Shown: positions 12,197-22,839, counted from the first letter of the stretch. The stretch is 64,000 nucleotides of DNA from Eukaryota sp. TZLM1-RC (GCA_040285825.1 JAUPSS010000004.1:5361784-5425783); one strand, 5' to 3'. The notes: a model not told the origin generated them from the sequence alone. Numbers and translations: made by a program.

Positions 12197-14248
12197 ATGG
12201 ATTCATTGTGTTCTTGCTCCTGTGTTCAACATTCACCTTTTTGTTTAGGCGTCTCTTCTCAATTGGGCTCTTGTCTTTCTAATAATCCAGGGGTAGGCAT
12301 TCACTCTATTTCGACAGCTTCCACGCTCCTCTTTGGATCTCATACACTTCTCCTCACCTATTCTGGTGAGGTTTATGGTTTGGGGCATAATGATTATGGT
12401 CAAATTCTGTATGATGGACCCGGGTCAATCAAATTACCAATCAAATTACCATTAACTAATATTATATCTATTTCAGCTGGTCATTGTCACTCTCTTGCCC
12501 TCTCCTCTGAAGGCCATGTTCTTCAATGGGGATGTATTCAAGTTGATCAATTTCTCTTGTCTAGTAGCGAATCACTCCCAATTACCCCAATAAACATTCC
12601 TTATAGCATTAAGGAAGTTTATGGTGGTGAAGATTCTTCGTTTGCATTGACCCAAGAAGGTCAAGTGGTTAAGTGGCGATGTGGTAAATCATTTGAATTA
12701 ATTGAAGGGTTGGAGAATATTGTTTTTATTTCTGTCTATAATGATTCATTTGTTGCAGTTGATTACTTCAATAATGTTTACTATTCTACCAAAAATGACC
12801 TTCATTTGCTCAATGTTTCCAAAATTCCCAGAATATTATCGAAAAATTCTGTGATTCTGAATAATGATTTTCTTTTACTTATTGATAGTAATGGGGATGT
12901 TTGGGAGGTTGATTTTGAAGATTCTTTCATTAAAAAACCCACCAAAGTTAAAGGTTTAACCAATATTGTTTCTGTTACAGGATGTGAACGTTTTTTTCTT
13001 GCTATTAATGATAATGGTAAAGTTTTTGTGTGGGGAGAGTTGAGCGGAATAAGTAATGTTTATCAAGATAGTGATGAACCAAGATGTATCCGAGCATTCA
13101 CTAATATAGAAGGTATTTCAGTAGGTGAAGATTTCCTTTTTGCCTACAACAAAAACACTGTTTTGGCTTGGGGAAGGAACTTTTTTGGACAATTAGGTAC
13201 AGGTGATTTGATTGATCGACCTCAGCCTGTCAAAGTATTTGGATCTGAAATACTTGGTAGTTTTCGTCATCCAAGACAACCTTTGGATAGAATGTTTAGT
13301 GGTCTAGTCAGATTAATTTACTCTGAATATTTTCAATCTCTGAAAATTTTGATTGGTAACCATCCTTATACAAAAGCCAGATTCCTAATCAAATGTTCAG
13401 TTAGCAAGAAAGTGGCTAAATTTGCCAAAGAAGTGATTATTGGTTTTGAATTTTTAAAAGATCCTCAGGAATTAAAATTAAATGACAATATTTGTGATTT
13501 ACAATTGCGATTATCTACCGATTTCAATGGCCCCAAAGTAATTAATACTAGAATTAAAAAACTTGATGTTTACTGCAAAAGTGGACGCTTGAATCCACAA
13601 TTATTTACATTTTTCCCCAATGTTGAGGTTGTCAAACTTTTTGAACCTCCAGGTCCTCATAAGAGATTCAATTTGTTTCAATTATCACATCTAAGGTACT
13701 TTGAACTGGATTGTAATTTGGGGTTAAAATTGGAACAGTTACCCACTTCACTAGTGAAGTTACTGCTGAATAGGGGACATGTTGATGTTGATGATTTAAG
13801 CTATCTTACATCGTTACAAGAGTTAGTGGTGTTTTCTTTTGGTCTTTCAGAAAGAATATTAAAAGGACAAATATCCTTACCTCAATCCATTGGTAGATTG
13901 GAAGTAGAGATGAACATTGCTATTGATGTTAGAGTTCAATTGCCAAATTTAAAAGAATTTATAATTCACAATGCTGTTCCTCCCCATTTGTTTGATCAGC
14001 AATTTCCCACGTTGAAATTCATTCATTTAGTGAAATTTTTGAAAGATAATCTATCAACATCTGTCCTATCTCCAACAAAATTAGCCAATCTTGGTTTAAT
14101 TAAATTCGTTAAACTAATCAACAGTGAATATTTGGCCGAGTTGTCTGTCTTTCCATGGTGGATCCAGTATACAGCAAATATTTATTTCAATAGACATTTC
14201 CCTGATGTTTTCCGAAACTACCTTAACAACACTAGTACAGACGCTTAG
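12197..14248 (+). CDS. RCC1-repeat plus LRR/FNIP-like protein (probable start MDSLCSC)
   Basis: RCC1 repeats (HTLLLT..GEVYGLG.NDYGQ; ISAG.CHSLAL; WGRN.FGQLGTGD) then LRR-like LPTSLVKL/LTSLQEL/LPNLKEF; the 5' part of the tracked ORF overlaps a TE shard. Confidence 0.8.
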   Translation: MDSLCSCSCVQHSPFCLGVSSQLGSCLSNNPGVGIHSISTASTLLFGSHTLLLTYSGEVYGLGHNDYGQILYDGPGSIKLPIKLPLTNIISISAGHCHSLALSSEGHVLQWGCIQVDQFLLSSSESLPITPINIPYSIKEVYGGEDSSFALTQEGQVVKWRCGKSFELIEGLENIVFISVYNDSFVAVDYFNNVYYSTKNDLHLLNVSKIPRILSKNSVILNNDFLLLIDSNGDVWEVDFEDSFIKKPTKVKGLTNIVSVTGCERFFLAINDNGKVFVWGELSGISNVYQDSDEPRCIRAFTNIEGISVGEDFLFAYNKNTVLAWGRNFFGQLGTGDLIDRPQPVKVFGSEILGSFRHPRQPLDRMFSGLVRLIYSEYFQSLKILIGNHPYTKARFLIKCSVSKKVAKFAKEVIIGFEFLKDPQELKLNDNICDLQLRLSTDFNGPKVINTRIKKLDVYCKSGRLNPQLFTFFPNVEVVKLFEPPGPHKRFNLFQLSHLRYFELDCNLGLKLEQLPTSLVKLLLNRGHVDVDDLSYLTSLQELVVFSFGLSERILKGQISLPQSIGRLEVEMNIAIDVRVQLPNLKEFIIHNAVPPHLFDQQFPTLKFIHLVKFLKDNLSTSVLSPTKLANLGLIKFVKLINSEYLAELSVFPWWIQYTANIYFNRHFPDVFRNYLNNTSTDA

Positions 14249-15489
14249 CTTACTGTTTTTATTGTTTAAATGATTGTTTTCTGCAACCTACTACATTTAA
14301 TCACCGCTGTCCAGATGTGTCATAATCTTTCACTCATTTGGCCAAAGGATGAGTCATTGCTCTAGGGTAGTGATTTATTATCTTTTAATTTATTTAAACA
14401 ATTATAATAAAAAAGGATTCATCAAAGATTTAGGATAAATATTTTTCAATTTATTAAATTTATTAATATTTACTTATTCAGGTTAATGATCTTTTATAAC
14501 TAGTTAACTCATGTGATTTTTTGAGCCACAAGTACAAAGATATTCTAGTTAAAGTAAAAACTTCAACTGGTTAGACTGTAGTTAATATTTCTAGTGCCTT
14601 TTTACCATCACTTTTCATAATAAGTGTACAATATAATGCTAATGCACATCAACTTCTAATATATCATTAGTATTTGTCAATATATTGTCGTAGTATTTTT
14701 ACTAATCTTTCGTTGCTATTCATAAAGTGTTGAATAATTAGTTTGTTTTGTAATGGATCCTATTGTATTTCAGTCAGGGAGACCTTAATCGTGATGGTAT
14801 TGTATGTCACTGCAGCTCATTTTTCCGTGAAATAAACTACTCTTGATATCACTCTAGACCCTGTCGCACACTCATCATAATAGTGCAACATTTCAACAGT
14901 TCTTCAACCCTTTATATTCAGGGGACTTCCTAATAAACAAAACTAATTCGAAATTCTTCAATTTATTTTGAAAAAAATGTATAACACTCATTGACTACCA
15001 ATAACTATCGGATGTTGATTTGTGTCAATATGTTGTTAAAAAGACCTAACCGCCGCTATAAAAGTTGTTTCATCAGTGGATACTTCAGAAACCCTTAAAA
15101 CGCTACAATACTGCCATCATCAATGTTTTCGATTAAAGAATTTCTATTATGCAAAACCGTAGGTGATCAGTTTTTCTTGATGAAGTGCAATGATGAAACT
15201 GTACCCTAATAATGAGAAAAACATGGAAATCATGAAATAAATAAGTTGGACTGCAAATTTTGTAGATAAACAACACCTTTTGATTCTGTATTCATAATGA
15301 TGTAAAAAGAAGTTGAAGAAAGGTTGAGGAGAAATCAAAATTTCGGGAAACAATTTCTACATACTGTGAATTTCACTTATCATGCATTCCCCTGTGAAAT
15401 TCACTCCTGTTTTCAACTCCCTCAGTGTCTACTCACAGGCTGTAGGAGACATGTAGCATCATTTGACAAAGACAATCATGATCTTCATC

Positions 15490-15637
15490 AATGGGCTACC
15501 TCACTTAAATACACCTACTGCTTTCACAGAACAAAGCCTCGCGACTTTATGTATCTAAGTGGATCTACCAAATGCTACTAGGGCATTTGTAGATCGGTCT
15601 CAAAAGTTTTTGTTTCTGTATGCTCAGGTTCCCCATT
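15490..15637 (-). ncRNA. Candidate Fanzor omegaRNA scaffold
   Basis: Nested stems right after the Fanzor stop: 15637-15626 with 15501-15490; 15595-15583 with 15575-15562; 15561-15549 with 15514-15502, enclosing GCGA and GAAA tetraloop hairpins. Confidence 0.7.
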
Positions 15638-17360
15638 CATCTTCTCAACAGAGCATCTGGGCAAATGTATCCTTCCGGCCACAATTCCGCTTTCTTCTTA
15701 ATTTGAATATTTTTTGCAGCGGAAATATCTCTGTCATATACTATTTGACACTCAGTACAAATACGCATCTGCCATGAACCTGCTTGAATATTCTCGGCCA
15801 TGCAACAACTTGACATTTTGCTTGTATTAAATTCACTGGTTGACAAGTGCTTCACGTCCTTTTGATAACACAACCATTTTCTGAAAGCCCTTGCTGATCC
15901 ATATCGATTGACTTTTCGGCAATGAGAAGGGAAATTAGCAGAGCCCACAGCAAGATAGAGTTTTTCAGGATGTCCAGCCAGCCTTTGAAATTTGTTGAGA
16001 CTCTCTCTGAACCGTCTCTCTTTTCGTCTGCGGTTATCAAATTTAATTATTTTCCATTTCTGGCGATTACTTTCCAAATACACTTTCCTCCTGACCAAAT
16101 TCCAATGGTTCAAATATTGGTTGAAATTTTGAACGGAATATTGGTTGGGAGAGTGTTTACTGGGTGAAGGTTTTGTCATGTATCTTCTGCCAGTTGGACA
16201 AGGGATAACTCCACCTTGATTATCATTTAAGAAGTAACCACATAATCTTGATTGGCCAAGATCAACGCCGATAAGGGGCCTTTCAGGTAAAATTTCGACT
16301 GGATGTCTACGTCTTCGACGGGGCATTTTTTTAGTACCCTTCAACTGTGTTTCTCTGGTTTTGTTGGCATTAGGGTCACTTTTCATTTCATTTTTTGATC
16401 TTCTTTTCTTTTTCGATGGTTCATCCAGCTCATCTGTGTTTTCTGAGTCATTTTTTTACCTTCAAAGGTCAAAAGCAGTTCATTACCATTAGTTTTCAAT
16501 AAAATTTTGTTAAATCTATTTTTCAAACTTTTTCTGTTGATATTGAATTTTTGGTAAGGACATTGTTTGAATATTCGTTTCAGACATGTATTTTTGATAA
16601 ACTTTGTTTTGGAAGATGATCCTTCAATAATTGGAAATTTTTTCACAGAGTGGAAAATTTGTGAAGGTACCTCAAGAAATTTTGAACCTTTATGAGAAGC
16701 TAAAGGTATTATTCTAAATTTCTTCCAGCAATGCATATGAGAAAAGAAAGTGAGTAAGTATTGTGAAATTGAAAGATTGAAGAGAAAAAGCTCACCAATT
16801 TCCTTTGATGAAAAGGTGATTTTAACATCTGAGGACAGTAGGGAGGCAGTGGTAGGAAATCTTTGAAGGAGATTCAAGATAAACATACATGCATTTAATA
16901 AAAAGAATCTTTCTCTTGAATTATTCAAATTGAAATTGATGTAGTATTCAAGAACAGAATCAACTACTACTTCCTCGGGTTGGGCTAGTGGTTCATCTGG
17001 CAAAAGTGAAAGAATATTATTTGCAAAGACATTTGTTTTATCCAGGGCTCTACAATGAGCACGAATAAAGTTTTTTGTCCAGGATTGACAAATTTTAGGT
17101 AAACTTGTCTTCACGTTAGACGCCAATTGACGAGCCCGACAAGCAAGGTAAGGAGAAAGCCCTTTTCTATTGATAAAATTACAATTCTGAGATTGCAGCC
17201 AAGCATTGAGAAAAAGATTGAATGAATTTCTGTAAGGTACTAAAGAATTTTCCCACACAGAAACAAGAGACCTGTCTTGTGGGCTTTCAGGAAGAAATCC
17301 ATTGTAAAAGATATGGAGTAATTGGCGTTGGCCTTTAGATGTGGAAGGCTTGGAAGTCAC
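15637..17360 (-). CDS. Fanzor1-type TnpB-like nuclease (family A); two tracked ORFs joined by a 1-nt frameshift at an A7 run; 5' end lacks ATG
   Basis: KTNG motif, RuvC-I GVDLG, LAVG in place of the canonical TnpB Glu, relocated RuvC-II SEFNTS, zinc motif SSCC..CTEC, RuvC-III YDRDISAAKNI. Confidence 0.88.
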
Positions 17361-17444
17361 AATTAACTATAACACTTCTTCTGTGTAGATTAGTTAACCA
17401 ATTTAATATATAAAAAATTAATATATTTATTTATTAGAAAACTT

Positions 17445-17595
17445 ATAAATCAACATCTAAATAATCCATCTCTCCTAAAACAAAACAATTAGAACCCACT
17501 TTCTGATAGTGAGATCCAAGAATAAGCAAATCATCAGAAACCATCTGAACCTCCCTTTAAAAATAGAAAACACAATTCTGTTTTGACAAAACAAG
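17445..17595 (-). mobile_element. CRE-like 3' fragment
   Basis: FCQNRIVFSIFKG...GEMDYLDVDL* matches the end of the 28885 copy. Confidence 0.8.
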
Positions 17596-17617
17596 CTATG
17601 AAAATTTTGTTGGTTCT

Positions 17618-17776
17618 CAAACCAGAGATATACATTTGAATTGTACAAAAAAATTCTTGTCGAAGACGCAGACATTTAGTCGAAATTAAACGTAAAAGAC
17701 CCCTAACGGCGTTGATCATGGGCCAATCTAGATTATGTGGTTACTTTTTGAATGATAATCAATATGGAGTTATCCC
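17618..17776 (+). pseudogene. Diverged, inverted Fanzor family A fragment covering RuvC-I
   Basis: Aligns by eye to the reverse complement of ~16202-16360 (..GTCGAAGACG.AGACAT..GGCGTTGATC.TGG.CCAATC.AGATTATGTGGTTACTT..AATGATAATCAA..TGGAGTTATCCC). Confidence 0.8.
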
Positions 17777-20700
17777 ACTTCTGAAGCTTGTGATATTCGA
17801 TTGTCGAATTCGGCTTCAGGTAATAGTAATGTTCGACAGGCGTCGTCCATTCTAATATAAATGCCCTTGTTGTTCATCAGCCCAAGGTGGCTCAACAAGT
17901 CAGCACCAATGAGAATGGTCTCATGTCCAGGAACGATGCTGAACTTGTGTTTCACGTGTACAATCTGGGTAACGCTACCTAGTCTAATGCTAAGGGTTCC
18001 AGAAGCAGTACCAAGGGACTGTGAGGTAGTTCCATCAGCAATCTTGTATGAAATGGTTTCGTTGGAACGTGCCATGTTACAATTACTGATGACGTCTTCC
18101 GTGACTACTGAGCATGTTGCACCAGAGTCGATTATGCCTTTAACTTCGACATTGTTGATCAAGAAGTTTAATTGTAGGCAGTTGTGATTCATGGATTGTA
18201 CCATAAAAATTGTGTCAGAATCATGTCCATTTAGGTCGGCTTGTTCTGAGAAGAAGTTAGCCTGACTGTTGGGTATCTTGGTAGGTTCCAAGTTTGCAAG
18301 CGGATTGATAAGAGAATCTTTCCATGCTGAACTTTCTGTATGTGGTTGTGTTGTTGTTGTAGGGGGTATGGTTTCTAAAGTACATAAATAGTGATGGGAA
18401 CGTTTATTGTAAGAAGAGCCTCTGCCTCTGCCGCGAGTACCTCTTCGACTACGGAAACCAGAACCTCTAGAACTTCTACCTCGAGCTTGTTGTTGAGCTT
18501 GTTGCTTTCTCCATTTCTTCCTCCTTTGGCAGTCTTCACTGGGGCACCTTTCGGTCGGATGGCCCTTTTGCTTATAGAAGTTGCATTGGACATCAGCGGC
18601 CTGGGAAGACGATTGTGGTAGGCTTCCTCCTCTCTTACTTTGTTTTGGGCGTTTACCTGGACCAGAACCTCGTGGTCTGGGGATGTCAGGTGGGGAGGGA
18701 ACGACCATGGGAGGTCGGCGAGAGGCCTGCTGGTGAGTTAATTGGTTCTGATAGGTGAAATCGACATGGTTCAGTTGTTCCATGAACGATCTGGCGTTAC
18801 AGAAATTCTCGTATTCAATTTGAAGAACACTAAAGAATTCGCCAAGGGTGTGTCCATCGCATGAGTAGTGGGAGGAAGAGGACCAGATCCTGAGGAGTCT
18901 GTCTCTGATAGGGATAATTCCTACGCTTTCTAGGACATGAGTAGCAACTACCCAGTCTGGAAGTCTATCAGCTGGAGGAGTGGAGCTTATGGAGAATGTT
19001 CTCAATTGTTGAGAGATGCCCCTAAACTCTTGGATGGCGGTGGAGCGAGACAAAACTCTGCCGATGTTGACCATGAAGTCAATCCATCTATTGCCATAAT
19101 CTCTTTCCGACCAGTCCATGTTGGTTGCGAGGAGAGCTCGATTAGCCTCATCCAGTCTGCTGAATTGGGTTCTTCTTAGAATTTGAGCCCAAATGATGCG
19201 TTCATCTCTTGAGGTAGAAACCGTGGGAGAAGAGATAGCTAGGTGAGCACCTTGGTATCGTAGCGCATTTAACACCTCGAGGGTGACACATTCAGCGAGG
19301 CCTCGGGAGTTGATCCTCATGGCTTGACGGAACAAGTTTCATTCGTGAACTGGTTCTCCAGTGATGTTACCAAAATACTCATCGATCGATGGTTGGGAAC
19401 CTTCTCTAGCTAGTTCTAATTCTTCACGTAGTCTGGCAACTTCGTTGGCTAGAGCTATCTGAGCTGGATCCTCCATGTTACCTCTCGTTTCTCTTAGGAC
19501 CCGGTCGGTACGACTCCAGAGAATGAATTTGTTGACAAACTTCAGAAGTTTATCAGCGTCTCTCAAATCAGAAGCTTCGAGATATGGACGTTTAGGACGA
19601 TCCCTACGTCTGTCATCTCGGTCTCTTGATCCATTGAAGAAAGGAGAAAGCTACTTTCGTATGTGCCCGAGAAAGGTGTATGATGTGAGGAGATGGAGGA
19701 AGTAGAACCTGTCGTGGAAGGTGTAGGTTGAGGTTGAGGAGCTCGACTAACGGGAGTGATGGGAGCAGGTACCGCATCAGAAGATGTGATGGGGTGGGTG
19801 ATTCACTGCTCACAGTGACAACATCGTCGTCGGCTTATTCCATCGCAGATTGGTTGAGATAGGAAGTTTCCATGGTTGAGAGTGAATCAGATTCCATAGG
19901 AGGTTGTGGTGATTCAGGAGGTTGCGCGGAGAAACATGGAGCTTCACTTTGTTGAGGTTGAGCAGAGGAAGATGGAGCTTCACTCTGTTGAGGTTGAGGT
20001 GACTCTTGAACATCTTCAAATTGGGCTGGAACCTGATGAGAAGATACTGCTGGTTGTACCAAGCGAGTCTTTTCGATCCTGCCTTCAACCATTACCCATT
20101 TCAGCATTCTGGATTCTACGCAACCAGGGAATACTGTAACTTGCTGGAGGGCTCTTTGTAGATTACCAGTTCTTCTATGGTCGGGACCACAATATGATGC
20201 TATATGGTCTGGACGTCTGTCGTAAAGAAAGAGTCTTTCACCATATGTGGTTTCGGTAAACCACCACCCTGTTCTGTAATTTCTGTCGATAAGGATGACG
20301 AGAGATGCATTGTACCCAGGGCTGAACCTAGGGTATGGACAAGGGTTATGAACATTTAAGAAGAGGTTGTCTTCATCTCCAGCGAAGCGTCTGAAAACTC
20401 CTTCTCGAGTAGTTCTCATGAACCTAACTCCGGGTCTTGGGTCGTAAGTAGATTCTGGGTCATTCCTAGAGGTTTCTGGGGTGATCCTTTCGTTGGTAAG
20501 AAACGGACCTATTCTGGGAGAGATCCATAATCCTAAGTCGTTCTCGACTTTGGGGCCGTAGAAAGGAGGACGTTTGTTGCTCATCTCCGTGGGAGGGATG
20601 GCTTCTGGGTCCTCTGGAATGACTTGTGTATCCCTATATCTAGCATAAGGATTGTGCTGGCGGGAAACACCATGATGAATACTCGAGCTAGCGTAGGAGC

Positions 20701-21387
20701 TAGTTTGAGAAGGGGTGTGTTTAGCAAGTGTAGAGGATGTTCCTCTTCTAGCCTGTAACTCTCTTTCCAGTCTGTTCTTGAGTTTCCAGATTCGATCTTC
20801 ATGGAAGTAACGTTCTAAATATTTTTTAGAAACCTCACCAGTTTCTCTATCAATTTCAGGAACATGTTCCGTGGGAGGAACCGGAGGTTGAGCTGTGTGA
20901 GAAAATTCCCTGGGAGGTTCCTCATAGTCAACCAGATCTGAAAATAATAGTTCATACCTCTTCCTTTGCTCTTCGGAAAGATGCGAAGGAAAATTTGGTG
21001 TGCTAGGAGTGGAATCTCTAGCCTGGGGAGGGGAAACAGACAGATTGTTAACTCCTCTTACTGTTGATGTAGTAAGAGGAGATCCTGAAGTTGGGACAGC
21101 AGGATTTTGAATAGTTCTCCTAACAGTTGGAACTGCAGGGAGAAGCTGTTGAGAGTGAGAGGGTGGAACCTCAGAACTGAATGGAAGGGATGAAGATGGT
21201 ACTTCAATGGCCTTCTTAGAGGAGGAAGAGGGTTGGTCTTCCGATCCTTCTTTTGCAGTGAGAGAAGGTTGAACAGTCTCTCTGCTCTGAGTAGAAGGTG
21301 AAGGTGGTACTTCAGAACTTCTTCCAGGGAGGGGAGAAGGTGGGACTTCAGATGCCCCCAATTTTCTTTATTCTCATCTCCGACACC
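17770..21387 (-). mobile_element. Degenerate LTR-retrotransposon internal region: long Pro/Ser-rich ORF, gag and aspartic protease; no RT, no LTR seen
   Basis: Protease IIDSGATCS..ILIGADLL, degenerate knuckle CNFYKQKGHPTERC; in-frame stops at 19835-19837 and 19339-19341 plus frameshifts between the tracked ORFs; PBS-like AGGTGTCGGAGATGAGAA at the 5' end. Confidence 0.75.
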
Positions 21388-21395
21388 TGGTGTCG
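21371..21395. other. PBS-like sequence(s) forming the palindrome CGACACC-T-GGTGTCG
   Basis: + strand CTCAT-CTCCGAC-A-CC has the layout of a tRNA 3' end (T-stem, acceptor stem, discriminator, CC); TGGTGTCG reads on the + strand as well. Confidence 0.4.
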
Positions 21396-21408
21396 ATTTC
21401 TACATAAT

Positions 21409-22443
21409 ATGGCTTACATTCCTCCCGATCTTCGCAACAAGCAAACTCCACCTTCAGATATTCCACGAACTTTGAATGATATAATTGAACATTCAACAAA
21501 TCAAAGTATTAAGACAAAGACCTGCGTTGATTACCTACTCGAGTTGCCTAGAAGTCATCCAATGGAAGATCAATACGTTCCAGAAGACATCCCATCAGAT
21601 GTGTTTGATTGTATAAATGGATTTACGGACTTTACATGTCCCCAACAGCGAGAAAAGCTGGTCAAAAAAGTTGATGATGACCTCTATTTGATTAGAAAAA
21701 ATTTTGGACGGTTGAGACGTGCTGACTGTATGAAAAATCGAATCAAATGTCATAAACGATTTCAGGGCAATGAAAGAATGCATGATGGACATGTGATACG
21801 AATGTACACAGATAAGTATTGTCACCATCATGCCAGAGATGCTATCCGGAGAGCCATCTCCCTCATTGTTGAAGGTAAAGATTATGATAAGTCAATAGTA
21901 GCAAATGGATGCCTACTCTCAGTGTTCCTCTCTTTTGCGGTTGAGAGAAACATTAGCGATCAAGTAGGAACCACTACACTGCCAGATTGGGTTCTCTTTC
22001 GGACTACCTCGCGTCTTATTGTGGAAGTTACCAAATCTATCATCAGGGATATGCTGATTCAAAGGAAAATCACCCACTTCTCTTGCTTCCAGGATGTTGT
22101 GGTTCAACTCATTGAACTTACATCTAATCTAAAACATATGGAAATTCCCCGTGCTGATGGTTATAAAACTATTGGAACAATTATGGACGAAAATACCTTT
22201 GAAATCAACTTCAATCGTATTTTGTGTTTCTGTGTTGCATCACATGTCAATCGTTTTTTTGAAGAAGGAATCAATGAAACCAATGTGTCTTCATTGGGAT
22301 CTTTCTTTGTAGAGCTAACTTCTTGGTTCTCAACTCTGGGTTTTGCGGTAAAATTCCCAAGCCTAGATGAACTGAAATTGACTGAAATTGTGCGAGACAA
22401 TCCTTTAAAGTCTGTGCTGTTTTCCCTCAATAGGAGTGAATAA
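21409..22443 (+). CDS. Hypothetical protein (344 aa), possibly Gag-related
   Basis: Intact ORF from ATG 21409 with AATAAA downstream; shares LPDWV..IRDxL..H[FY]SC with the neighbouring gag. Confidence 0.6.
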   Translation: MAYIPPDLRNKQTPPSDIPRTLNDIIEHSTNQSIKTKTCVDYLLELPRSHPMEDQYVPEDIPSDVFDCINGFTDFTCPQQREKLVKKVDDDLYLIRKNFGRLRRADCMKNRIKCHKRFQGNERMHDGHVIRMYTDKYCHHHARDAIRRAISLIVEGKDYDKSIVANGCLLSVFLSFAVERNISDQVGTTTLPDWVLFRTTSRLIVEVTKSIIRDMLIQRKITHFSCFQDVVVQLIELTSNLKHMEIPRADGYKTIGTIMDENTFEINFNRILCFCVASHVNRFFEEGINETNVSSLGSFFVELTSWFSTLGFAVKFPSLDELKLTEIVRDNPLKSVLFSLNRSE

Positions 22444-22839
22444 CTTGGATCAAGCTGTATATGAGTGTAAATATTGAATAAATTCTAATTAATTTAAATT
22501 CCAAAACAATCAACTACAACTACAATGTTCAGTTCAGGTCAAAAAGTATTAGGTATTTGTGAGAAACGTTGAATATTTGTTGTGTGTGTTGTTGACCTGA
22601 AACATCTTCCTCAAAATATTCATTTTAAATCCACCAACCAACAATGCATTTTTGGAAGACAAAACGGTTATAAGAACATCAGTATTAGTAAGATAGCATT
22701 TTAAATAATGGATCTATTGGTGTGTATGTCAGGATCAAACATTACAACTACGGCATATACACCAAATTTGCACTGTGGTGTACAAAATTTGTCTTTAAAA
22801 AAATTTTAAACCAAAAAAATTTATACAAAAAATTACAAA

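Noticed and set aside
14900-15170. Possible further Fanzor remnant (VVSSVD..YCHHQC)
   Set aside because: Too degenerate; no RuvC motif can be supported.
16451-16457. Programmed -1 ribosomal frameshift in Fanzor A
   Set aside because: The context GGT AAA AAA ATG is not a canonical X XXY YYZ heptamer and no stimulatory structure is evident; a slippage mutation or sequencing error is simpler.
17361-17400. Branch-point/3' splice site (ACTAATCTACACAG) supplying a 5' exon to Fanzor A
   Set aside because: Splicing at this AG leaves an in-frame TAG before the ORF, and the upstream sequence is a CRE tail.
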